A stretch of DNA of 64,000 nt, taken from Chiloscyllium plagiosum (taxonomy: Eukaryota). The stretch lies in assembly GCF_004010195.1 (NCBI RefSeq), contig NC_057718.1:90749353-90813352 (forward strand), in the 5' to 3' direction. Below the pieces are notes generated by a model that ran no database searches, was not told the DNA's origin, and saw only the letters and a program-made list of their open reading frames with translations. Both the position numbers and the translations under genes were made by a program. This document shows positions 38,281-50,884 of the stretch, in pieces (position 1 is the stretch's first letter; each line of letters begins with the position of its first letter).

Positions 38281-39239
38281 GACATCGAAGAATGTGGGAA
38301 CATGAAAGAGAAGTGTGATTCAAGGAATGAACTGCAATCCAGCAGAAGTTCGGAACATGATGGATTCCTTCCATTTGTAGCTGTCTGCTCAGTCTGACTC
38401 ACAAGGTTGTTTCCCGGAACTTGAGCACATAGTAAATTGGCATTCCCATGAGGCCCTGAGAGGAATGCCACAGACCCTGCCCTTTGGATCAAATGAGGCG
38501 TTTCCTGGAAGAGCTTGAAAGTTCTCAGTGCACTATATCTCCCTGAGAAATGAAATATTTAGTCCTTATATCTTGGCTGACTGTGGGACTAAGACAGTCT
38601 GCATTTAGCGCTGTTGAATTTTCTTACACTGATTGCACTTCAACAATTGAAGAATGATCAGCAGCAGGATGTGAATGTGAGCCCTTCTCTTCTTCCTTAA
38701 AGTCAAATTCCACTCGAGCCAGTGATCCTTTGAATTTCATTATCCATTTCTGCAAGCATGATTCTTCTGTCATTTATGACCTCACTCGCCAGGGGATCAT
38801 CTTTATCATCTTTAATAATGATCACCTCAACAAGGACACAAGGAAGGGAGAATTGGGTAGAGTGGACTGAATGTCATTTGCTGGAATTTTCTTTCCAGTG
38901 AAAGCAATAGAAAAACAAAACCAAGTGGGTTCCATAAGGAAAGTGCCAACTGTCCTACTTGGTTTGCCTTGACCGATATGATGTAAACACCGAACTGGTA
39001 AAGATATTTTAAATACAATGCTGTCAGTCGCATTGCCTTTACAGTGGGACCTGCACCACAAATATTGGTCTTTCACCTTGATAGTTCCATTTAAATCAAA
39101 TGAAGATAATCCTGCATCTTAAAATTGAAGCTTATTCCAGCGAGGCTGTTAAATTCCACTCATGAGGTTTAAAAATTCTGCTTGTACTTCGAAGGGCACC
39201 AGTAATGATGCAAAACTCTTGGAGGTGACCTGAGATTGG

Positions 39240-39417
39240 ATTGGATCTGGAGATGAAATGTGACAATTTGTACCTCTATGTAACCTAAACCTTTCATCTG
39301 ACAGGGTAAAAATATCACATCCTGAGATTGCACTGGATGTGATATTTTTACCCTGTCAGATGAAAGGTTTAGGTTACATAGAGGTACAAATTGTCACATT
39401 CCATCTCCAGAACCAAT
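39240..39417. repeat. Long inverted repeat: 66-bp perfect arms (39257-39322 / 39335-39400), 12-nt spacer, extending to 83 bp with 2 mismatches
   Basis: Checked base by base as reverse complements. Confidence 0.97.
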
Positions 39418-39944
39418 ACAATCTATTTAGAACATTCAGGGATTTGTGTCGGTAACAGGAGTTGCAAATCAAGGAGACCAGATTTGATAGGCCCAGGCAC
39501 CGGCATGAGATTTAAAAGGCACCTATTGATTGAAATGCAGGTACCTTATCAATTTCATGCGGCCTGTTCATTCCAATGATTTCGGCATGCGGCCAACACT
39601 AATTGCATTGTTAATTGGCTGGATGCAACAGAAGTAGGTGAAAACCATGAGCGCTGAGCACCACTTAAAGCTAACCTGCATCCCTTTAGGGGTCCATCAT
39701 AGTTAGAAAGGTCAGTGTCTCAGATCTGTGCTGCATGAAGAGGTGACACAGCAGTGGAGGGAGTGAACTCAAGGTTTTCAGTGCCCTGCTCTAGCATTGC
39801 ACTTGCGGCTCCAGCAGTTGAAAAGTGTCAGCGAGGATGTCCTTACTGAAGTGTCCGACATTGCGCATGTTGTTCTTCAGTGAGTTAGGAGAACTGTCCT
39901 CTGCACAACCAAAGTGGCAGGGGCTACGGCTCAGAGCTTTAATT

Positions 39945-40112
39945 TCTCTACCTACTCCCTCTTCCAACAGCCTGCCCCGCCCTTCCTATTATCTCTCAGG
40001 TCCCTTGGGCCACCTCACATTCCTGACGAAGAGCTTATGCTCAAAGCATCAACTCTCCTGCTCTTCGGATGCTGCCTGACCGGCTGTGCTTTTCCAGCAC
40101 CACACTTTTTGA
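39945..40112 (+). mobile_element. PLE family A 3' end with degenerate hammerhead
   Basis: cattcctgacgaagagcttatgctcaaagcatc...gctgtgcttttccagcaccacac. Confidence 0.75.
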
Positions 40113-40364
40113 CCCTGTTCTGTGTTGATCTTCTTGTTTCTCCAAGCTGCCCTGTTCAGCTGTGGCAGAAATGGCAGGGAGCAATTGGGTCATGCATAAA
40201 TTTTGAAGTCTGTAAAAATCCCTTCAGCACATGCCACGCCATGCCCCTGTTGACCATGGCATTTTGAAACAACTAAAAAAAAAAGCACAAATCGCCAAAA
40301 CAGCAGCTGAAAAAAAAATCAATCTTAACATTTGACCTACATCCAGGATTTCGCCATCGAGTGA

Positions 40365-40825
40365 AAGGACAGGAGTGTGCTGGGATACTCCCCACGTGCC
40401 TGGATGGGTGCAACTCCAAGAACACTCAAGAAACTTGCCACCATCAGGACAAAGCAGCCCACTTCATTTTCACCCCACCCACAAACTTTCACTCCCTTCC
40501 AAAAATAGTGGCCAATAGCAGCAGTGTGTACTATCTATGCTCAAGCAACAAAGGCTCCTCAGACAGCACCTTCCAAACTGACGACCACTTCCGCCGAGAA
40601 GGCCAAGGGCAGCAGATACGTGGGATCACCATGGCCTGCAACCTCCCCTCCAAGCCATTCACCATCCTGACTTGGAAATATATCGCCATTCCTTCCCTAA
40701 TAGCACATGGACTGAAGCAGTTCAAGAAGGCAGTTCACTACCACCTTCTCAAGGGCAACCAAAGCTGAGCAATAAATGCTGGGCCCAGCCAGCGATGTCC
40801 AAATCCCATGGACAATTTTTATTTT
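40365..40825 (+). mobile_element. CR1-like family 2 LINE 3' end
   Basis: ccaccttctcaagggcaac...aataaatgctgggcccagccagcgatg tail, also seen at 27925-28180. Confidence 0.78.
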
Positions 40826-41489
40826 AAAATGCAAGCTCTTCTTCCGGTTCCCAAAATGTTCTTGGCAGTTACAGTAAAAATCTGAATCATTTGGCATTTG
40901 AAGTGTCCGTCTACAGCAGTGTTGCCATTTACAAAGCAACTGATTTCAATCAACTCTAGGTTTGAATACAGAGCCATTATCAAAATGCAGGAAATGGTCT
41001 GGGCTGTTCAGTTAATTATTTTGCAGCAATCATTAAAACCTTAAAATTAATTATGTTAATAACTTGCAAAAAAGGCACTCAGTTTGATATTACTTTCAAG
41101 CTTTGAAACCTTCAAATTATGTAAATGAAGACATCAGAAGGAATTAACAGACCGTAAGGTTCTCTGCTTGATAAATTATACTTCAGTTCATTAAAAATAT
41201 TAATAAGATAATCAATGAGGAAAAGTACTTATAACCAGAAAATGGATTGTAAAAGCTCAGATACGAATTAAGTCTAAAGGAAATGATCCCGAGCAATTCA
41301 GTTTGACCATCACTTTCAAGCAATTATCAGCAAAAGTATTGGGACTAAGATAACTAACAGTGAGAAATAACCATGGAAAGGATCTTGCAAAAATGAGACA
41401 ACAGCTTCAGATCCTGACTCTTATCGTGCCCTGATGCAGAGAACTCTCAGTGGAACACCCTCCCCAATACTCTACCTTTTTGAATAGAG

Positions 41490-42860
41490 AGCTATAGAGG
41501 AATACAGCACAGAAATAAACCCTTCAGCCCAATTCATCTTTGCTGACCAGGTTTCCTCAGCTGAACTAGTCCCAGTTGCCTGTGTTTGGCCCATATCCCT
41601 CTAAACCTTTCCTATTCATGTATCTGTCCAATTGTACCCTCCTCAACCACATCATCTGGCAGCTCGTTCCCTTCATGCATTACCCTCTGCATGAAAAGGT
41701 TGCCCCTTAGGTCTTTTTAAAATATTTCCCCCTCACCTTAAACCGACGCCCTCATGACCTGTCTTGCCTGTCCGCACTCATGACTTGTGCCTTTTTCCTT
41801 CCCACCTATCTGCTCCAACCTCCTGTCCGACCTATCACCATTACCCCTACCTCCACCCACCTATCGCACTCTCAGCTACCTTCTCCCCCAGCCCCCCCAC
41901 CCCCCCCCCCTCTAATATATCTCTCTACCCACTAAGCTCACAAGCTTCATTCCTGATGAAGGGCTCTTGCCCGAAACATCAATTCTCCTGCTCCTCAGAT
42001 GCTGCCTGACCTGCTGTGCTTTTCCAGCACCACACTCTCGACTCTTAAACCTATCCTCTCTAGTTTTGCACTCCCCTACGCTGAGGATAAGACTTTGGTT
42101 AGTCACCTTATCGATGTCCTCATGGTTTTATAAATCTCTACAAGGTCACCCCTCAGCCTCCTACGCACCAGGGAAAAAAGTCCCTGCCTTTCCTCATAGC
42201 TCAAACATTCCATTCTCGATACCATCATTGTAAATATTTTTTGCACCCTTTTCACTTTAATAACATTCCCCCTATAGCAGGGTGACCAGAATTGTTGCAG
42301 TATGCCAAATGCGACCTTACCAATGTCTTGTACAGCTGTAACATGTCATCCTAACTCCTGTCCATAATGCTCTGATGAAGACAAGCATGCCAAATGCCTT
42401 CCTCAACCCCTGGTCCATACTTGACACCACTTTCAGGGATCTATGTACCTGCATCACTAGGTCTCTCTGTTTGACAACAATCCCCAGGCCCCTACCATTA
42501 ACTGTGTAAGACCTCCCCAGTTTTGCTTCACCAAAATGCAAAACCTCACATTTATCTGAATGAGACTCCACCTGCCAATCCTCGGCCCACTGGCCTAGTT
42601 GAAAAAAGATGTGGTTGTCTTAGATAACCTTCTTCACCACACCACCAATTTTTGGCTTCATCTGCAAACGTACGAACCATATCTCCTATATTCTCATCCA
42701 AATTATTTATATAAATGGCAAACAACTGTGGGCCCACCACTGAGCCTTGCAACACACCTGTGGTCACAGGCCTTCAGTGTGAACAACAACCCTCTACCAA
42801 TACCCTCTGTCTCCTACTGTCCAGCCAATTTTGTATCCAATTATGTCAGTTTCCATGAGA
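41490..42860 (-). mobile_element. HER1/CR1 LINE fragment with a nested plus-strand PLE 3' end (41755-42045)
   Basis: TTGVLQGSVVGPQLFAIYINNLD...FADE and DKCEVLHFG. The nested element has cctgatgaagggctcttgcccgaaacatc. Confidence 0.85.
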
Positions 42861-43059
42861 ACATAATTCACTAGGGTTAGCTAATATTTGCAAATAATTG
42901 TGCTTTTCTATGGGGTTGTCAGAACAAAGCCAAAATTTGTACTTTCCCAATGTGCACAGCCCATATGATAACTATTGGGAAGAGGAATCTTGGCTGGTGT
43001 TGGCTGTAATTCTATCATACTCTCGGTATTTCTGATTTAATAAGAATATATGTTTATTT

Positions 43060-43375
43060 TTCATTCATTCACAGAATGAGGATGTCACTGGCTAGGCCAG
43101 TATTTATGGTCTAGAGGGCAGTTAGATGTCTACTACATTGCTGCATGTCAGGAGTCACATGTGGGCCAGACCAGATAAGGATGGCAAATTCCTTCCCGAA
43201 AGGAAGAGAACCAGAATGGGTTTTCTCCCCCCAACAACTGATAATGAATTCATGGTCATTAATTCCAGATTTTTATTAAATTCAAATTCCAACATGTTCT
43301 ATGGTGGGATTTGAACCCAGGTCCCGAGAATCTCTGGATTAATAGGCCCATCAATAATACCACTATGCCAGCCCT
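43060..43375 (-). mobile_element. tRNA SINE family 2
   Basis: Reverse-homologous to 45000-45455. Confidence 0.75.
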
Positions 43376-44999
43376 TCCACATAGATTGTGTCTGTATAGT
43401 GAGCTGCTGAAGAGGAAGAAAGAAGAGAAAACAGTTCAGTCAAAGGGTACCTCGTGGCCTGTGCATAGGATTGCCTGCTTTATATTTAATCCCTGTTCCC
43501 CTTGGAGAGAAGGGGGCTGAGAGGAGATTGGGTTGAGGTTTGAGCTAGAGTAGATGGGGAGAAGCTGTTTCCACTCATAACAGGGAAAAAAAGAACATGA
43601 GGGCATTGATTCAAAGTGATGTGCAAACGAGCAAGAATGCTGTCAGGGAAAATTACTTAGTGAATCGTTTGGGTACTGCCTGGATATGTGATGGAGTCAC
43701 GTTCATTTGAGGCTTTCATGAGGGACATTGGATGATTATTTGGATAGAGAGAGTATGCAGGGTTATGGGGTAAAGGCAGGGGATTGGCACTAGACCAAAG
43801 AACTAGTACAGGCAAAAGATGGACTGAATAGTCTCCTTTTGCACTGTGACAATTCTGTGTAAGAATCCACATGAAAGGAATGATACTGATCTTTTCTGAT
43901 AATGGTTGGAGCCAAATCTTTCAGGAATGAATTTGGCATGGGGACTTTGTATCTTGAGGGCCATATGCTGCCTTCTGACCTCTCACGGATGTATGGAACA
44001 CTCAGCTGGATTGGCCAATTAGTGGCCAGAGAACTACCCAATCAACGTCAGTGGACAGGTTCTCAAAACTGGATGGCCAATCAGCTAGTGCTGTCCAGCA
44101 TTGAGGGAACAGCAACCTGCTGTTGCAGGTCAGGGAGAGAGAGGAAAATCTAAAAGCTCAGGTATAAAAGCAGAAGGCGGGTACCCTTGGAGAATAAAAT
44201 GGTCTTAATCTGCTTTATGTTCCTGCAAATCATGACCAATTGTGAAGGAGCATTCACAGGGTAAGGTGGGTTAGCATAACGGGCAGACAGGAAGCAGTGG
44301 CAGTTAATGTCGGAGTAAATTTTGGGGGTAAAGGAAGTGAAGTAAAATATACACTGTCCAGCAGGAGTCTTAGTGTGACGGAAGAGAGAAGTCTTGGGAT
44401 GCGGATATGTGAAATTAAATATCTGTCCGCTCAGGAAATTTATGTACTGAAAGCGCAATTGAGGAAAGGGCACATTGTCCAAGATTATCTGCCTGTGAGG
44501 AATGTTTGCCAGGAGAGTTTAGGCTGAATATTCCAAAGCTGTTCTCGTGTGCATGAAGGTAAGGCCATGGATCAGTCCAGTGCTTTTAAATACACACGGG
44601 CATGGAATGTAAGGATGTTGTATAGACGGCAACCAATCTGTTGTAAGCAATGCTGGGCACGCCACTAAAGAAGGATATGGCAGTAATGGAAAAGGCGCAG
44701 TGAAGATTCATTGGAATGTCAGTTGTGTTTGTAACCATGGAGAACTGTTGCAAAGGCCATTCCCCAGCCTGTACCCACTGCTAGAGAAGATTAAGGTCAC
44801 ATTGAGAAAGCTTTTGGAATCCAGAACATTTTTCAAGAGTAGGTATTGAATTGTTGAAGCTGGTGGTTCAATGAATTGCAAAGGGTTATAAACTCAGGAT
44901 AAACATGAAAAGGGAAGTTGGAAAAAAGCAGAGTTAATGGAACACTCAATGTTTTTTTCTCAAATTGTTGTAACACTTGTCTGAAACACTTATCAGGGA

Positions 45000-45455
45000 G
45001 GCACTGGCCAGGTGGTATTACTGTAAGACTATTAATCCAGAAACTCAGCTAATGGTCTAGGGAGCTGGGTTCAAATCCAACTGTGGCAATTGATGGAATT
45101 TGAATTCAGTAAAGAATGTAGAATTAAGAGTCGACTGATGAAGCCCATAGTCAAGATTAGAGTGGTGCTGGAAAAGCACAGCAGTTCGGGTAGCATCTGA
45201 AGAGCAGGAAAATTGATGTTTCGGGCAAAAGCCCTTCAACAGGAATGATGAAGCCCATAGCTGATTGTCAGAAAGACCTAGCTGGTTCACTAAGATCCTT
45301 TAGGGAAGGAAATCTGCCATCCTTATCTGGTCTGGCCTACATGTGACTCCATACCCACAGCAATGTGATTGACTCTTAACTGCTCTCGGGGCAATTAGGG
45401 ATGGGCAATAAATACTGGCCAAGATAGAGAAGCCCACATCCCGTGAATGAATAAC
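45000..45455 (+). mobile_element. tRNA SINE family 2 (tail shared with CR1 family 2) with a nested PLE solo tail (45151-45245, -)
   Basis: gggttcaaatcc B-box and ggcaattagggatgggcaataaa tail. 15-bp TSD tgatgaagcccatag at 45136-45150 and 45246-45260. Confidence 0.85.
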
Positions 45456-45931
45456 AAAGAAGGGAATTAGATGAGTGTTTGAAGAGGAGAATGCAACAGA
45501 ACATAGAGAAAAACAGGGATACAGGATTGGAAAATCCAGAGCTGATTCAGGCATAAGTACTATTATGCTGCAGTGTCTCAGGTTCTCTCTTTCTTCACAC
45601 TCTATACAAAATAATCAAACAATGGGAAACCTGGAATGAGAAAGTATATTTTTCTAGTCAAGCTCATTGTACCACACACATGTCCAATAGGTTCTACTCC
45701 ATCCATTTCACGCCCAGAAGAAATGTTCCTGTGTACATGCTCACTAAGATAATCCAGTGAAAGTTAACTTTCTTAGGTTAGATTTTTCTTAATATGAAGT
45801 GGGATTTCAAATTGACATAGACACAGGTAGAATCTAGAAGCATGAGAGGTACTGTCATTCAAATGTAAGATTCTGCGAGTATATTTCCCTTCATGGAGGA
45901 ACACAGAGCTAGGGAACACAGTTTCAAATTA

Positions 45932-46098
45932 CAGAGGAACCGCGATTGTCCGAAGGACACGGGCGAGGAGTATTTCATTCGGTTAATCAAGTTCCGGATA
46001 ATCAAATGCCAGATAACATAGTTTAGCTGAGACCTTGTGATCTTGCTGGATAATCCCACATCCAGATAATCGAATGCCAGATATTCGAGGTTCCTCTG
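45932..46098. mobile_element. Tc1/mariner-pogo (Tigger-like) MITE
   Basis: TA|cagaggaaccgcgattgtccg ... cagatattcgaggttcctctg|TA terminal inverted repeats, with internal (g)gataatc repeats. Inserted in a CR1 fragment. Confidence 0.82.
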
Positions 46099-46410
46099 TA
46101 ATTACCCTCCCATTTAAGATGGAAATAAAGAGCAATTTCTTCTCATTGTCAACTTGCAATTTTTGCCCCCAGCGAGTGGCAGAGGCTGAATCATTGAATA
46201 TATTCAAAGCAGAGTTTGTTACCGATTGTTTTGTATTTAATTATTTTAATGGGCTCGGGTTTGTGGAAACCTGGGTGTTGTTTTCTGAAAGGTCAGCGAA
46301 AGGTCAGCGGAACCTTTTATCCCAAATAAGGCACATCTCAGTAGTCCTGTCTTGTGACAACTAGTTGCTCACTGATGAACAAAGGTTGAATTGCAGCTTT
46401 GTGTGGTAAT

Positions 46411-46635
46411 TGTAATGAGGCCAGCCAGGTAGACATCATAGAATGAGTTCCCTGATTGGGACTGTTAACCTGGTCCAATCAGGGAGCCCTAGCTGACAGG
46501 TATAAATAGGAGTGTCAGAGGTTCTGTGCACTCTGAAAGCTAGCTCTGAGGAAGCCAGGCCAGTGTCAAATCCTATGCATCTGTATATAAAGGGTGATGT
46601 GGTGACAGGATACCGGCCTCTGTGGAGTTATTTCA
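46411..46635 (+). mobile_element. Solo LTR (likely Gypsy-type)
   Basis: TG...CA ends (tgtaatgagg...ttatttca), inverted ccctgattgg/ccaatcaggg CCAAT pair, TATAAATA, and a degenerate poly(A) signal. No clear TSD. Confidence 0.65.
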
Positions 46636-47009
46636 CTTTGAATGTTGTTTGGGATAGTTGGTGACCAACTGTCAAAGGAAGGAATTCCCAGCTCAGCTCT
46701 CCTGTTTCTGGGAAAAGCTCTTGAAATGACTCCTGAATGTCCAATTGAAGAGCAACTGAAAGACATCTGAATACTCTGTTTCTCAAGTGAGCTGTGTCTG
46801 CCAAGATCCAGCAGCCTATGTTTGATGATACATGTCTACACATGCTAAAATGTCTGATCAATAGTCTTCTGAATATATGAAACCTTGTCCTTTTCTCTTT
46901 CAACAATAACTAAAAATTATTGGGCAACTGTTTTTTTCCACAAAATAAGTCTATGCAGAGAAAAGTTCCTCTTGTTTTACTCTTTATACAGTATTGTGTC
47001 TGTGCACGA

Positions 47010-47130
47010 GTGTAAATGAGAGAGTGTGTGTGTGTGAGAGAGAGAGTATGTGTGTGTGTGACTGAGTGTGTGTGTGAGAGAATGTGTGTGTGAGTGAGAG
47101 AATGTATGTGAGTGAGTGTGTGTGTGTATA
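47010..47130. repeat. Compound (TG)/(AG) microsatellite, possibly within an old LTR ending near 47408
   Basis: Directly visible. Confidence 0.9.
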
Positions 47131-48489
47131 TGTTTTGGATTATTTAGAGGAATAAGCATTTCTGTTACAAACTAAATATGTTAAACAGTTTTGCATATCC
47201 ATTGAATACGTTTTTTGTTTTGTAATAAATTAATAATTTGTGTCTGTTAAAGAAACCTACTTCTTTTTTAATTTTAAGTGTAATATTGAGAAAGACATAC
47301 AATTGACAAGATCAGGGAAGCAGGTAAAACAATTACATTTATGGTGTGAGCCATGGAGTAGTGGGACGAGAGAAAGACTCTGCATTTCTCCCATCTCAGT
47401 CATAACGAAATTGGCTGATTGCTGATTGACTAAGGAGTCCAGAGTTCCAGGGACAGGAAGAAAACTGAATTTAAGGGCACGTTAGATTAGTCATGATCTT
47501 ATTTAATGGCTGGTCATGCTCACTGGGCCAACATACTCTACAACCTGCTTCTTTTTTTAATGTTCTGAAAACTATAGCCCCATGTTTGTCTCTATTTGCC
47601 ACAATAAACTTACAGAAAAAAATCTCTTTGAGTTCAGTGGAATTACACAGAAACACAGGGTTCAGGTCTTGACTGTTGATGGAGTTGCGTGTTTGTCGAT
47701 GGTCAAGATGTTTGTGAACCAGTTGAGTTCACCGGAAATTCACAATTACTGTTATTCATGTGGCTTTTACATGAATTGTGATCGACTCGCATCCTACCAC
47801 TTTGCAGCTGTTGAATTTGTTGCAGTGTCAGAGCCCAGGACTGGCCAACAGCTGCTGCTATCTGTTCTCACATTGGGAAGCTGAAACCATTCATGGTCAG
47901 CCATTGATTTGAGGTTGAGTGTTAATTAGTTGCTACTTGGATGTGTTTGATAACTGACACTTTATATGATAACGCACTTTTGGACTGAAGTATCGACCCT
48001 TTGGTTTTCCGTGCAAAATAGGTAACTCACTTTGTCAAACTCGAAAGGAATGTGGCTTTCTTGAGTTCTGGTTAGATAAATAGGATTCCAAATGGTTCCA
48101 GTGCTGTATTATTAAGCTGAAGAGTTGAAACAATTTGAGTAAAGGTATTTGCGTTTTCTCTAAATTGCATATCTGAAATAAATTGTCAAACAGATTGCTT
48201 CAGGCTCCTGCTGCTCATCACAAGTAGAGGTAGGAAGTTGTGCTTGAGGGACTGATTTAATAATATCTCTAATTATCTGGATTAGTTGCATCTAATCTGA
48301 TTTGCAATTGATTGGCAGGAAACATAGATTTAGAGTTTGACGCTGTGATGTTCTATGCTAGCCAGCATATGTTATACAACCTAATTTATTTCTGATTAAC
48401 AATATACTTGTTGTTATGTTGCAGCTAACAACAACTCTTTTCTCTCCCTAATTTTTGGAGACTGCTAGTCACACAGATGATTTATTGAG

Positions 48490-49035
48490 TTAGAGTCCTA
48501 CAGTAAGGAAACAGACCCTTCGGTCCAACTAGTCCATGCCAACCATAAACCCAATCTCAGCTAGACCCACCTGCCCGCACTTGGCCCATATCCCTCCAAA
48601 CCTTTTCCTACTCATGTACTTATCCAAATGTAACTGTACCCACATCCACCTCTTCCTCTGGGAGTTCATACTACACACAAGCCACTCTCTGTCCCTCATG
48701 TCTTCTTTCAACCTTTCTCCTCTCACCTTAAAAATATGCCCCCGGTCTTGAAATCCCTCATCCTAGGGAAAAGGCATTTGCCATTCACCTCATCTATGCC
48801 CCTCATGACTTTATAAACCTCTATAAGGTCACCCCTTAATCTCTTACGCTCCAGTGAAAAAGTCCCAGTCTATCCATGATTTGGAGATGCCGGTGTTGGA
48901 CTGGGGTGTACAAAGTTAAAAATCACACAACACCAGTCTATCCAGTCTCTCTTTATAACTCAAAGCCTCTGTTACTGGCAACAACCTGGTAAATCATTTC
49001 TGAACCCTCTCCAGTTTAAAGATATGCTCCCTATA
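48490..49035 (-). mobile_element. HER1 LINE 3' end with a 56-bp PLE family B tail insertion (48877-48932)
   Basis: 12-bp TSD ccagtctatcca at 48865-48876 and 48933-48944. Confidence 0.85.
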
Positions 49036-49184
49036 AAGAGACATGGTCATCCGGGTAATGTTGGGGGGTGCATTCTCCTGCTGTCTTACAGAGAAAGGTT
49101 CACTACATGCTTACAGACTGAAAAAACATGATTTTTTAAAAAAAGATTTTTTAAGACTCTCTCCAAGTTCTTTACGAGATCTTT

Positions 49185-49585
49185 ATGAGATGTAGCCACT
49201 GTTGAGAAACAGTATGTGTGTGTGCTGAAGGTATCCACAAACAGCAATGGGATAGTAACCATATGATCTGTTTTATAATGCCATTTGTTGGGAGCTAAAT
49301 ATTGCCACGGAGACCTTGAGAAATAATCTGTTCTTTTTGAGTAGTGTAGCGGGATCTCTTCTGCCCACCTAAAAGAGCTATGAAAACGATTTTTGAGAAG
49401 ACTTGTAGCTCAGGTTGATGATAAATATGTAAGTTAGCTCGCTGAGAAACTTCATGCTCAGCGAGTTAACTTACAAGCAATGAAAGCTTTAGTTTGATGT
49501 TCCATCTCAAAGATGGGGCTGTGACAGTGCTGCACTCCCTCAGTGTGGCATGTGTCAACAAGATTATGGGTTCCCATCTCTGCAG
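49185..49585 (-). mobile_element. Old Deu-domain-like SINE; related pieces at 18975-19110 (+) and 52830-53030 (-)
   Basis: Reverse complement ctgagggagtgcagcactgtcac...tttgagatgg...aggtgggcagaagagatccc resembles the DeuSINE core as I recall it. Confidence 0.5.
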
Positions 49586-49600
49586 TCAAATCTTTTTTTA

Positions 49601-49905
49601 AGATTAGATTAGATCACTTACAGTGTGGAAACAGGCTCTTCGGTCCAACAAGTCCTCACCGACCCTCCGAAGAGCAACCCGCCCAGACCCATTCCTCTAC
49701 ATTTACCCCTTCACCTAACACTACGGGCAATTGAGCATGGCCAATTCACCTAACCTGTACATTCTTGGATTGTGGGAGGAAACCGGAGCAAATCTACGCA
49801 GACACAGGAGCTCGTGCAAACTCCACACAGACAGTTGCCTGAGGCGGAAATTGAACCCAGGTCTCTGGCACTGTGAGGCAGCAGTGCTAACCACCGTGCC
49901 GCCCA
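49601..49905 (-). mobile_element. HE1-type SINE
   Basis: (agatt)n tail and reverse-complement head. Confidence 0.9.
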
Positions 49906-50304
49906 TAAGCTTTTGATTCCCAAGTAGGTGTGTAATCAGCGACAAAATTGCCTCTGCAAATGTATCTATTGCTGACCTAGTCTGCCATGACTCTATAAAA
50001 TGTTCACGGTAAGGCAACACCGCCAAAATCCTTTGGAAACGTTTGTATCACCACACTCTGGGAATAAAGTGGAAGAGAAGGGCTCTGATAGCTCATCAGG
50101 GTAATTTGTTGAGACATACAGAGCAGGAAGATTCCCAGGTTTATTGCCTGCTCTGTGCTGAGTGAGCTAGTTTTTTCCTGACTGGCAGGAATCCTGTGAT
50201 TGGCGTCTAGATTAAAGGCAGCAAGAGTTTCTTTTAGAATTCTCTATCCAGGCTCAAAATGGGTCACTCCAGTGACTTCAGCTCTCTGAATAACATTCAC
50301 TGAT

Positions 50305-50884
50305 TAAGGACATACAAAACAGGAGCAGATGTTGACCATTTAATCCCTTGGGCTGCATTGACATTAAAACAATCATGGCTGATCTCCTTCTTCAACTGCA
50401 CTTTCCTGCCCCCTCCCCACAACCTATCGTCGCCTGACGGAGGAGCAGTGCTCTGAAAGCTTGTGACTTTGAATAAACTTGTTGGACTATAACCTGGTGT
50501 CGTGCAACTTCTGACTTTGTCCATCCCAGACCAACTCCGGCGTCTCCACATCTTAAATATATTCAACAATGGTACATGCACAACTGTCCCAGAAATTCCT
50601 GAGGTGCACAGCTCTCTGAGTAGAGAGGTTGCCCATCTCGGTCCTAAATTAGCCACAAGACCCCGCACCTGTATTTCAGATTCCCTTGGCAGGGGAAGCA
50701 ACCTCTCAGCTTCCAGCCTGTCAAACCCTTGCTGAACCTTGTCCGTTTCAGTGAGGTCACCTCTCATTCTTCTAAACTACAGAGGCTCGATTTACAAAAC
50801 CAGTCATCAACGGGCAGCCCTCTCACTGGGGAACTCGCATCGTGAACCTTTGCTGTATTATCTCCAAGACAAGCATGTCCTCCT
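50305..50884 (-). mobile_element. Old CR1 3' fragment with a nested PLE family B tail (50430-50552, +)
   Basis: RGDLTETDKV peptide and cgcctgacggaggagcagtgctctgaaagcttgtg (degenerate hammerhead). Confidence 0.72.
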
